Notes under the pieces: model-generated
The model's input: only the letters and a program-made list of their open reading frames with translations
Told to the model about the DNA's origin: nothing
Database searches by the model: none
NCBI GenBank assembly: GCA_963674965.2
Contig: CAXXFL010000004.1
Coordinates: forward strand, 288,001-352,000
Direction: 5' to 3'
DNA: 64,000 nucleotides
DNA from: a bacterium
Lineage (GTDB): Bacteria > RBG-13-61-14 > DATKZS01
Translations under genes and position numbers: made by a program
Part shown: positions 18,817 through 27,531 of the stretch, in pieces
Numbering within the stretch: the first letter of the stretch is position 1
How the letters are laid out: every line of letters begins with the position of its first letter

Positions 18817-18896
18817 AAGATCACCTCCCCCATACACAAAGATCACCGACGTTCCATCCCGCCTCGCGATTTCTGAGTAACCTGGCGGGACGGCCA

Positions 18897-19487
18897 TCAA
18901 TTGTCCTCCTTATCTTTCGCCATCTCATGCATATCTTCCCTAATTTGAGTTTCAATGTCTTTACCGTTTATCCAAAAATCCATGATTCTACCAAAGTCAA
19001 ATGAACCTCCTTTAAAAAGCATCATATCAAATTTTGCGGACATTATTTTGCCATCGTCAGTTTTAATGAGAGCATCGATAGGTAATGGGCTAATTTTGGT
19101 ATTAATTTTGAAATCAGCGTTAATAAAAATTTCGATGCTTTTACCTGACGAACCACGATAAATGGGGCCGTCAGGCGATCGCAAATATCTGAACAGACAA
19201 GATTTTTCAGCCTCATAGGGATGAGGGCGGCAGAGGCTTTTATCAATCATGCACTCTCGTTCAACACAAGGAGCTTCCGGCCCTTCTTGAAAACGTAACA
19301 AACCTATATAATCGTCATGTATATCAGGATCTTCGGTCTGATTAATCAGCTTTTGGAACTTATAGATTGTATCGATCAGTTCATCCTTGGTGTAGAATTC
19401 ACTTCGCGCCGTTCCTCCAACTGATGGAAGGAATGATAAAAGTATGCATGATAAGAAGATACGCAAAACCATTGCTTGTTTTCTCAA
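18897..19487 (-). CDS. Secreted hypothetical protein, tandem paralogue C (AT-rich)
   Basis: TTG start after GGAGG; same N-terminus. Confidence 0.78.
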   Translation of the reverse strand: MRKQAMVLRIFLSCILLSFLPSVGGTARSEFYTKDELIDTIYKFQKLINQTEDPDIHDDYIGLLRFQEGPEAPCVERECMIDKSLCRPHPYEAEKSCLFRYLRSPDGPIYRGSSGKSIEIFINADFKINTKISPLPIDALIKTDDGKIMSAKFDMMLFKGGSFDFGRIMDFWINGKDIETQIREDMHEMAKDKEDN

Positions 19488-19535
19488 AATGCTGCCTCCC
19501 CCTAAACAAAGCTTTCCGCTGGGCGGCTAATAACG

Positions 19536-19717
19536 GGTACCCCATAGCTCGCCTATGTGGGCGACCGAAGGGAGCAGGTCGGCGCGTATAACTTTAATAC
19601 CCGACCCGCGACTTAATATTTTCCAAGCATCACCGCGGGTGAGCGGCGCCCCCATTCTTTGTACCACTCAACCTGCTCGCTATGCTCGCCCATATAGCTG
19701 AGCTATATGGGTTACCG
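19536..19717. repeat. Long imperfect palindrome (REPIN/MITE-like) with REP-like hairpins at both ends
   Basis: Arms of ~55 bp at 19536-19591 and 19659-19717 are imperfect reverse complements. Perfect 11-bp inverted repeat cccatatagct-g-agctatatggg at 19689-19711. Confidence 0.6.
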
Positions 19718-19745
19718 GCCGGGCCATCCCTTATGTCGTTTAGGC

Positions 19746-20621
19746 TTATCTTTCCGTCTGGGTCCTCCACCAGTTCTTGTCGTGCTTGACGTAAAGCTCG
19801 AGGAAGACTTTTTGTCCCCAGAAGTTTTCCAGGTCATGACGCGCGGCCGATCCGATCTCCTTGATCATGGCCCCGGCCTTGCCGATGACTATCCGCTTTT
19901 GCGTTTCCCGCTCGACTAAAATGGCGGCCTTGATCCTTATCAAGCCGGGAGACTCGGCGAACTCCTCGATCATAACCGCCGTCGAGTAGGGTATCTCCTG
20001 CCTCGTTCTCCTGACCACCTTCTCCCGGATGATCTCCGCCGCCCAGAAACGCTCGGCCTGGTCGGTGAGGACGTCGTCGGGAAAGAGGAGAGGACCTTCC
20101 TCGAGGAGCCCCGCCACTACCTCGACGAACCGGTCCACGTTGTCTCCCTTCAGCGCTGAAAGTGGCACGATCTCCTCGAAGACGGAGAGCTTGGAGGAAT
20201 GGTCTATCAAGGGCAGGACGGCGGCGCGATGGACCTTGTCCACCTTGTTGATCGCGAGGACGCGCTTCATCTCCAGCGTCTCGACCAGGTCCAGCGTCAG
20301 GAGGTCCTCCTCGGTCCAGGGGTTGTCCGCCTCGATGATCATCACCGCCAGGTCCGCGTCGGCCGCGGCCTTTTTGGCCTCCTTGACCATCATCCGGTTC
20401 AGCGGCTTGTTGGACTTGTGGATGCCGGGCGTGTCGAGAAAGATTATCTGGTGGCCGGGCGCGGTATGGATGCCCACGATTTTATTGCGGGTGGTCTGGG
20501 GCTTGGGCGAGGTGATGGCGATCTTGGCGCCGAGCACCCGGTTCATGAGGGTGGACTTGCCGACGTTGGGGCGGCCGAGGAGCGAGACGAACCCGCTCTT
20601 GAAAGCCGCGTCCTCTTCCAT
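19746..20621 (-). CDS. era: GTPase Era
   Basis: FKSGFVSLLGRPNVGKSTL, KPQTTRN, DTPG, NKVD, KH domain VIGKAG. Confidence 0.97.
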   Translation of the reverse strand: MEEDAAFKSGFVSLLGRPNVGKSTLMNRVLGAKIAITSPKPQTTRNKIVGIHTAPGHQIIFLDTPGIHKSNKPLNRMMVKEAKKAAADADLAVMIIEADNPWTEEDLLTLDLVETLEMKRVLAINKVDKVHRAAVLPLIDHSSKLSVFEEIVPLSALKGDNVDRFVEVVAGLLEEGPLLFPDDVLTDQAERFWAAEIIREKVVRRTRQEIPYSTAVMIEEFAESPGLIRIKAAILVERETQKRIVIGKAGAMIKEIGSAARHDLENFWGQKVFLELYVKHDKNWWRTQTER

Positions 20622-20623
20622 GT

Positions 20624-21241
20624 TTAGCGAATCCTCTCCCAGTAGGTGGCGGGATCGGCGGAAATCTTGCCGGGGAACCATCCCATGGCGCCGATCTCCC
20701 ATCTCTGGTGATAGACCATGAGTTTCTTGAAAGGCAGGACGTCGTCTGAGGTCACGCTCATGGTCACGTCCACGATTCCCGGCTCTCCCTCGACGGGCTC
20801 GATGGCGTGGACCTGGTACTCGAGGACCCGGTTCCTCTCGAACTTGCGGTCGCGCATGGCCGGAAGCACGGTATCGAGGAAATCGTAATAAGCGTCGCGG
20901 TCGGGAAAGAAGTCGGGAAGTCCCTCCTGCTCCTCGTAAACGTCGAGTTCGCGTCCCTTGATGAAATCGTAAAAGGAGTTTATCGCCTCGAGCAGCTCGG
21001 GAGACTGGCTGTAGGAATCGAGGACCGTCTCGGGCCGCTTGACGATTTTCATGCGGCTGATCTTATCCCTGGCGTCCTCGACGCGGGTGGGAAGCCACTC
21101 GCGGGCCTCCTTTTTGGTCTTTTGCCAGCGGTCGTGAAGCTGGGCCCGGGTGGGCATGGAGGGGATATCCTGCGCGAACGCGCCCGGCGCGAAAAACGCC
21201 GCCGCGGCCAGGACCGCTATAAATACAAGAGATTTACTCAT
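20624..21241 (-). CDS. Secreted hypothetical protein
   Basis: Signal peptide ending AFA; tightly coupled to era. Confidence 0.7.
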   Translation of the reverse strand: MSKSLVFIAVLAAAAFFAPGAFAQDIPSMPTRAQLHDRWQKTKKEAREWLPTRVEDARDKISRMKIVKRPETVLDSYSQSPELLEAINSFYDFIKGRELDVYEEQEGLPDFFPDRDAYYDFLDTVLPAMRDRKFERNRVLEYQVHAIEPVEGEPGIVDVTMSVTSDDVLPFKKLMVYHQRWEIGAMGWFPGKISADPATYWERIR

Positions 21242-21458
21242 TTTCTTCCACTGCCTTTCCTCGTCGTAAGGGACAATTCAATAGTAACCTGGAGGCCTGG
21301 TTATATCAAGCCCTCCCCTTTTACCCGACGCGTGAAACTCGCGTTTATAGTGGCTTTACTTGCATGGCGTAATGTTCTATTGTGATTAAAATCCCGGCTA
21401 TAGCCTCGCGGCGAGATGGCCGGGCAAGACGTTTTCCGCCCGAAAGGGGGTATTTATC

Positions 21459-22361
21459 ATGCGCGATACAGGCGACGGTTTTCGCTCGCGAAGGAGTTTC
21501 CTGGCCGACCTTGCCGCCGGGGCCGGGGCGGCCGCTCTACTCGGCGGCGGCTGCGAGACCTTCGACTTCTGGGAGGACATCGCCGTCGGTACCGACAAGG
21601 TCACCGATCGCTTTCACCAGTCCATGGCCGGACACGCCAAGGAACTCGTGTTTCCCGAGGCCGACTCGGACGAGTTTTCCTTTTTATGGTTATCGGACAT
21701 CCACATCCAGGCCGGACGCGGCCACTGGATGAAGGAGCTTGGGGCCTTCGCCGACCAGGTGGGGGCCAGGTTCGTGCTCCACTCGGGCGACGCCGTGGAC
21801 AAGGGGAACGACCAGAACTTCCAACTGTTCACCACCGTCGTCGATCGAGAGATACCCGTCCCGTTTTTCAACGCCATCGGCAACCACGACCTGTACTCGA
21901 AAGGGTGGGACCTGTATAAGTTATACGTGGGACCAAGCGTTTACCGCTTCGAGTACGCCACTTGCGAGTTCATCTTTATCGACGACGCCGCCGGCACCCT
22001 GGGCAAGGACCAGATGGACTGGCTGGAGGACGTGCTTTCCCATATCAGCGTGCCCAACCGTTTCGTGCTCGGCCATTACCCGATCTATGACGGTTCCCTG
22101 CAGACGCCGTCCTCCATGGGCAACAACGAGGAACGCATGAAGATGATCTCCATGTTCCAGAAGCTGAACGTTAAATACTTCCTGTGCGGGCACAAACACA
22201 CGGGAGCGCAGTACCATCTTCGGCATACCACCTACCTTATATCCGGGGCCGGCAGCACCTATAAACTGATCCTGCAGGATGAGCCGCACTTTTATCTTTT
22301 CGACGTGAGGGGAGACGAGGTGATGAAGCATAAAATCTACTTCGAGGATATAAGGAGCTAG
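21459..22361 (+). CDS. Calcineurin-like metallophosphoesterase, predicted Tat-exported lipoprotein
   Basis: SRRSFL twin-arginine motif and LGGGC lipobox; SDIH, GDAVD, GNHD, GHKH motifs. Confidence 0.88.
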   Translation: MRDTGDGFRSRRSFLADLAAGAGAAALLGGGCETFDFWEDIAVGTDKVTDRFHQSMAGHAKELVFPEADSDEFSFLWLSDIHIQAGRGHWMKELGAFADQVGARFVLHSGDAVDKGNDQNFQLFTTVVDREIPVPFFNAIGNHDLYSKGWDLYKLYVGPSVYRFEYATCEFIFIDDAAGTLGKDQMDWLEDVLSHISVPNRFVLGHYPIYDGSLQTPSSMGNNEERMKMISMFQKLNVKYFLCGHKHTGAQYHLRHTTYLISGAGSTYKLILQDEPHFYLFDVRGDEVMKHKIYFEDIRS

Positions 22362-22363
22362 TC

Positions 22364-23104
22364 ATGCCGTGCCTTGACGCGAGAAGAATCACGATGGTCC
22401 TGGCGGCCCTGATTTTGCTGACCTGTCCTTTGCTCGTACGTGCCGACTCGGCCAAACCCGAGGGGTACCCGACGGGGGCCATGGTCCGCCTCGATTACCT
22501 CTATCTCGAGGACGCCACGCAGGAAGAGTATTACGCGGGCTTCACCTTTGCCTACGACACGGACGGCAAGTGGTTCAACCCCAGGGCGGGCATAAGGCTG
22601 AGGGCCGACGACGGCCAGATAAGGGCCTACTTCGCGGGCAACGACTTTATCATCACCAGGCGTCTTTCAGCGGGGGCCAGGCTCACCCACGCCGAGTACG
22701 GCGACTGGGAAACGGCCATCAACTCCCTTTGCGGATACGTGACGTATCGGCGCTGGTGGTTCCGGGTCGGCCTGGGCCTGGGCTACGCGGCGGTGATACT
22801 GGAGGGGCCCTATCAAAACCCCATCGAGTTCGGAACGGAAATGCCCGAGACCAGGTTCCTTTACGACCTCTCGATAAGGCCCCATTACAAGGACTTCGAG
22901 CTTGACGTGGGACTGAAAAACTTCGACGACTTCGACGTCAACGGTTTCGACGACAACGGCTATCATCTCGAGCCCATCTGGCACGTGACCGACAATACCG
23001 CCGTCAGCGCCAAGTACGAGAAGAGGTTCGCCGGCGTCTTCATCAACATGATAAACGTGAGCAGCGAGTCCTGGACCGTTTCCGTCGAGCACCGCTTCGA
23101 CTAG
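22364..23104 (+). CDS. Putative outer-membrane beta-barrel protein
   Basis: Signal peptide, alternating aromatic beta-strands, C-terminus WTVSVEHRFD. Confidence 0.62.
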   Translation: MPCLDARRITMVLAALILLTCPLLVRADSAKPEGYPTGAMVRLDYLYLEDATQEEYYAGFTFAYDTDGKWFNPRAGIRLRADDGQIRAYFAGNDFIITRRLSAGARLTHAEYGDWETAINSLCGYVTYRRWWFRVGLGLGYAAVILEGPYQNPIEFGTEMPETRFLYDLSIRPHYKDFELDVGLKNFDDFDVNGFDDNGYHLEPIWHVTDNTAVSAKYEKRFAGVFINMINVSSESWTVSVEHRFD

Positions 23105-23118
23105 GTCGGGAGATAAGC

Positions 23119-23784
23119 ATGATCGATCTTCACATGCACACTATTTGGAGCGACGGCGAACTGGTTCCCGCCGAGATGACCCGCCGCGCCCGGGCCAGGG
23201 GCGTCCGGGCCCTGGCCCTTACTGACCACGTGGACCAATCCAACGTGGAGGTCGTGGTCCCCGCCCTGGTGAAGTTCGTGGCCGAGACGAAAAGATACAT
23301 GGACGTCATCGTGCTCCCGGGCATGGAGATTACTCACGCGCCTCCCCAGACCATCGCCGCCCTGGCGAAGAGAGGGCGCCAGCTGGGGGCCAAGTGGATA
23401 GTGGTACACGGCGAGACGGTGGTCGAGCCGGTCCCGCCTGGTACCAACCTGGCGGCGATCAAGGCCAGGGTCGACCTCCTGGCCCATCCCGGCCTCATCA
23501 CCGAGGAGGAAGTAAGGCTGGCCGCCAAGAACAACGTCACCCTCGAGATTACCGCCCGTAAAGGCCACTCCCTCTCGAATGGAAGGCTCGCCGCCATGGC
23601 CAGGAAGCTGGGCGCGGCCATGATACTCAACACCGACTCCCACTCGCCCGGGGACCTGATCGACGAGGCCTTCGCCCGGACCGTGGCCCTGGGCGCGGGC
23701 CTGTCATCCCGGGACTTCGGCCACATGCTGGCAAGATCGGAGGAACTGGTGAAAAAAGCATTGAAAAGGAAAGCGCAAAAATGA
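23119..23784 (+). CDS. PHP-domain phosphoesterase (histidinol-phosphatase-like family)
   Basis: DLHMHTIWSDG, LTDH, HGET, LAHPG, NTDSH. Confidence 0.88.
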   Translation: MIDLHMHTIWSDGELVPAEMTRRARARGVRALALTDHVDQSNVEVVVPALVKFVAETKRYMDVIVLPGMEITHAPPQTIAALAKRGRQLGAKWIVVHGETVVEPVPPGTNLAAIKARVDLLAHPGLITEEEVRLAAKNNVTLEITARKGHSLSNGRLAAMARKLGAAMILNTDSHSPGDLIDEAFARTVALGAGLSSRDFGHMLARSEELVKKALKRKAQK

Positions 23785-24623
23785 GCAACCTCACGCAAAG
23801 ACTGATCAGCGCCGCCGTTATCATCCCCGCACTTATTTACCTGTTTTACAAGGGCGGGACGCCGTTCATCGTCCTGATCGAGGTGGTCATCGTCCTGGGC
23901 ATGGGCGAGTTCTATCGGATGGTCGAGGCCCGCGGGCTGGCGCCGCAAAAGGGTATGGGTACCCTTGGCGCCCTGGCCTTGGGTCTCACCGCCACCACCG
24001 GGCGGTTGGACTACATGGCCCTATGTCTATCCATCGTCGCCCTCGTCATCCTGGCCAACCAGTTAAGGAGCCTCGACCTGACGTCCACCATAATAGGCAT
24101 GGCCGTGACCCTCCTCGGCGTCGTTTACGTCGGGTGGTTCCTGTCTCACGCCATACTCCTTCGCTTCCCGCCCGAGAGCGCGAACGACCTGGGGTTCTTC
24201 TTTATCATCCTCACCATCGCCGGGACCTTCATGGCCGACGCCGGCGCCTATTTCACGGGACGGGCCTACGGCAAGAAAAAGCTCGCGCCCTTTATCAGCC
24301 CGGGCAAGACCGTGGAGGGCGCCATCGGCGGCGTAGTCGGCGGCACGGCCGGCATTATCGCGACCAAGCTGGTCTTCGACTGGTTCATCTTCGAGCCGCC
24401 CGGGACCATGATGCCTCTCATTCACTGCGTGGTCCTGGGTCCTTTTTTCGTGGCGGCCACCATCGTGGGCGACCTGGCCGAGTCGATGATGAAGCGCGAC
24501 GCCAATATCAAGGACTCGGGAAACCTCATTCCCGGCCACGGCGGGATCATGGACAGGCTCGACTCGATACTTTTCGCCCTGCCCGCGGCCTATTACTACC
24601 TGGCCTTCGTCGTGTACCGGTAG
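23781..24623 (+). CDS. cdsA: Phosphatidate cytidylyltransferase
   Basis: ISPGKTVEG, GDLAESMMKRDANIKDSGNLIPGHGGIMDRLDS. Confidence 0.95.
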   Translation: MSNLTQRLISAAVIIPALIYLFYKGGTPFIVLIEVVIVLGMGEFYRMVEARGLAPQKGMGTLGALALGLTATTGRLDYMALCLSIVALVILANQLRSLDLTSTIIGMAVTLLGVVYVGWFLSHAILLRFPPESANDLGFFFIILTIAGTFMADAGAYFTGRAYGKKKLAPFISPGKTVEGAIGGVVGGTAGIIATKLVFDWFIFEPPGTMMPLIHCVVLGPFFVAATIVGDLAESMMKRDANIKDSGNLIPGHGGIMDRLDSILFALPAAYYYLAFVVYR

Positions 24624-24627
24624 GCTT

Positions 24628-25149
24628 ATGATCATCGAGCACAAGGGCGTCTGGCCCGTAATAGACGAGACCGCCTTTATCGAAAGCACCGCGGTCGTGG
24701 CCGGCGACGTCGAGATCGGACCCTATAGCTCGATCTGGTTCTACTCGGTGGTGAGGGGCGACGTCAATTACGTCCGTATTGGAGAGCGGACCAATATCCA
24801 GGACGGGTCCATCGTCCACGTCACCCTCGAGAGGTGGCCCTGCATTATCGGGTCGGAAACGACCCTCGGACACCGCGCCCTGGCCCATGGATGCACCATC
24901 GGCGACCGCTGCCTCATTGGCATGGGAGCGATAGTGCTGGACGGGGCCGAGGTCGGCGACGGAAGCATCGTGGCCGCCGGAGCGGTCGTGCCGCCGGGCA
25001 TGAAAGTCCCCCCCGGCAAACTGGCCGCGGGAGTGCCCGCCAAAATCATAAGGGACGTCAAGGAGACGGACCTTCATTTCATCCGGGAGCCGCTCGAGCA
25101 ATACATCGCTCTGAGCCACGACTATAAGGACAGGAACTCGGGCCGCTGA
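24628..25149 (+). CDS. Gamma carbonic anhydrase family protein (YrdA/CaiE-like)
   Basis: RGDVNYVRIGERTNIQDGSIVH, GH, HGC; hexapeptide repeats. Confidence 0.92.
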   Translation: MIIEHKGVWPVIDETAFIESTAVVAGDVEIGPYSSIWFYSVVRGDVNYVRIGERTNIQDGSIVHVTLERWPCIIGSETTLGHRALAHGCTIGDRCLIGMGAIVLDGAEVGDGSIVAAGAVVPPGMKVPPGKLAAGVPAKIIRDVKETDLHFIREPLEQYIALSHDYKDRNSGR

Positions 25150-25193
25150 GCCTTCCGGTCCACCTTTTCCGGAGGCCGTGATAAAATTTCAGC

Positions 25194-26285
25194 ATGGCCA
25201 AGGTCCTGGCGGTCGAGCCTTTTTACGGGGGCTCTCATCAATCCTTCATCGACGGACTGATCGAGCGGTCGAGACACGAGTTTCGGCTTCTCACCCTGCC
25301 GCCCTATTTCTGGAAATGGCGCATGAGGGGGGCCGCCGTCACCATGAGCCGCGCGGCCCGGGAGTCGGACTTCGAGCCCGACCTGGTCTTCTCCTCCGAC
25401 ATGCTGAGCCTGGCCGAGTTCAAGGCCCTTTATCCTAAAGCAATTCCAAGCGTGCTTTACATGCACGAGAACCAGCTCTCCTATCCCGCGCCGGAGGAGA
25501 GCCAACGTGACGTCCACTTCGGCTTTACCAACCTGACCTCATGCCTGGCCGCCGACTTCGTGGTCTGGAACTCCAGGTCCCATCGCGACTCCTTTCTGGA
25601 GGCCCTGCCCGGGTTCCTATCCCTCATGCCCGATCACGCGCCCCGCGGAGTCGAGTCGATAATAGAAATAAAGTCGAGGGTCATATACCCGGGCGTGGAC
25701 CTCGAGTCCATCCTGTCCGTCCCCGCCGAGGACGACGGCGGCCCGCCCATTATCCTGTGGAACCATCGCTGGGAGTTCGACAAGGACCCGGAGCAATTTT
25801 TCAAGGCCCTGGAGGAAGTGGAGAAATCGGGCCATGATTTTCGTCTGGCCATATTGGGCGAGAACTTTCAGGTCAAGCCCGAGGCTTTTCTCGCCGGCAA
25901 GGAAAGGTTCAAGGACCGGGTGGTCCAGTTCGGCTTCGTGAAGGAAAGGTCCGAGTACGCGGCCTGGCTTCGACGTTGCCGGGCGTCCGTAAGCTGCGCC
26001 ATCCAGGAGAACTTCGGCATCGCGGCGGTCGAGGCCGCGGCCGCCGGGGCCTTTCCCATCTGGCCGGACAGGCTGAGTTATCCCGAGCTGTTGCCGCCCG
26101 GCCGCCGGCGGGACCACCTGTACTCGGATTTCCCGGAACTTGTGTTAAAATTAAAGCTGGCCCTGGATAAAGCGAGCCCGGCAATTCCCGTCCAAGACGG
26201 CTTGACAAGCCACATGATGAAATTCGACTGGTCGAGCGTGATCGGAGAATACGACGCGCTTTTCGAGGCCGCCGCCGAATCATGA
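25194..26285 (+). CDS. DUF3524-domain GT4 glycosyltransferase (GTDC1-like)
   Basis: EPFYGGSH, WKWRMRGAA, YMHENQLSYP, WNHRWEFDKDP, ENFG. Confidence 0.85.
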   Translation: MAKVLAVEPFYGGSHQSFIDGLIERSRHEFRLLTLPPYFWKWRMRGAAVTMSRAARESDFEPDLVFSSDMLSLAEFKALYPKAIPSVLYMHENQLSYPAPEESQRDVHFGFTNLTSCLAADFVVWNSRSHRDSFLEALPGFLSLMPDHAPRGVESIIEIKSRVIYPGVDLESILSVPAEDDGGPPIILWNHRWEFDKDPEQFFKALEEVEKSGHDFRLAILGENFQVKPEAFLAGKERFKDRVVQFGFVKERSEYAAWLRRCRASVSCAIQENFGIAAVEAAAAGAFPIWPDRLSYPELLPPGRRRDHLYSDFPELVLKLKLALDKASPAIPVQDGLTSHMMKFDWSSVIGEYDALFEAAAES

Positions 26286-26352
26286 CGACGCGTATCTCCG
26301 GCGAAAAGGGATCGCGCGCGCCAAAGAGGGCGGCAAGCCGAAGAAGGAAAAA

Positions 26353-27507
26353 ATGTCTGAAAACCTGCAAACCGTGCGAGTAAACTTAAGTCGTCCCGCT
26401 GACGACTCCTACGATATCTTTATCGGCGTGGACCTGATGGAGAAGGCCGCTCGCGACCTTGCCGCCTCCCCTCTCGGGGACCGGTACGTGGTTGTGTCCG
26501 ACGCCAAGGTGCTCAAGCTTTACGGCAACAAGTTGACCGAGATCATGCGCGACTTCGGGCTGAAGGTCGACCGGATCGGTTTTCCCCCCGGCGAGGAATC
26601 CAAGAGCCGCAAGATGAAGAACTTCATCGAGGAGCACATGCTGGGCATGGGTCTGGGCCGTGATTCCTGCGTGGTCGCCTGCGGCGGCGGGGTGACGGGA
26701 GACCTGGCCGGGTTCACGGCCGCCACCTACATGCGCGGCGTTCCCTGGGTCCAGTACCCGACCTCGCTCCTGGCCATGGTCGACGCCAGCATAGGCGGCA
26801 AAACCGGCATCGACGTGCCGGAGGGCAAGAACCTGATCGGCGCGTTCCATCAGCCCAAGGCCGTTTACATCGACGCTGCCTGCCTCGAGACGCTTCCCCG
26901 CCGCCAGATAACCTCGGGCATGGCCGAGGTGGTCAAGCACGCCATGATCAAGGACAAGAAGTATTTCGGCCTGCTCGAGAACCGGGCCGAGGCCATGCTC
27001 GAGGGCGACGAGGAGGCCCAGGTGCAGATCATCGCCCGAAGCTGCGAGATCAAGGCCGAGGTGGTGAGCAAGGACGAGAAGGAGGCGGGTCTGAGGAAAA
27101 TCCTGAATTACGGCCACACCCTGGGACACGCGGTCGAGGCCGTCTCCGGCTACTCCCTGCTTCACGGCGAGGCCGTCAGCCTGGGCATGTCCATGGAGGG
27201 CGCCCTGGCGGAGTCGCAGGGCATACTCGATCCCAAGGACCTGGAGCGGCAAAACGTCCTCCTGAAAAACCTCGGGCTGCCCGTGAAGGCCAACGTCGTG
27301 TTAAGGGCCCTCATCGGGAGGCAGATACGGCCCAAGGAACTGTTGGACTACACTCACGCCGATAAAAAAGCCCGGCAGGGAATAGTCGAGTACGTGCTTC
27401 CGGCCAAGATCGGGACCATTAAGAAAGCCGGCGCCAAGTCAGCCAAGTACACCATGGGCATGGACGACAAGCTGGTGCTGAATTTCCTGAGGAAGACCTT
27501 CCGGTAA
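26353..27507 (+). CDS. aroB: 3-dehydroquinate synthase
   Basis: GGGVTGDLAGF, YMRG, DASIGGKTG, LNYGHTLGHAVE, HGEAV. Confidence 0.96.
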   Translation: MSENLQTVRVNLSRPADDSYDIFIGVDLMEKAARDLAASPLGDRYVVVSDAKVLKLYGNKLTEIMRDFGLKVDRIGFPPGEESKSRKMKNFIEEHMLGMGLGRDSCVVACGGGVTGDLAGFTAATYMRGVPWVQYPTSLLAMVDASIGGKTGIDVPEGKNLIGAFHQPKAVYIDAACLETLPRRQITSGMAEVVKHAMIKDKKYFGLLENRAEAMLEGDEEAQVQIIARSCEIKAEVVSKDEKEAGLRKILNYGHTLGHAVEAVSGYSLLHGEAVSLGMSMEGALAESQGILDPKDLERQNVLLKNLGLPVKANVVLRALIGRQIRPKELLDYTHADKKARQGIVEYVLPAKIGTIKKAGAKSAKYTMGMDDKLVLNFLRKTFR

Positions 27508-27531
27508 TAAACGGGATTAAACCCGGCGGCC

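Noticed and set aside
17542-19487. Integron cassette array
   Set aside because: The ~80-bp spacers lack clear RYYYAAC...GTTRRRY attC ends, there is no integrase, and the genes are mutual paralogues.
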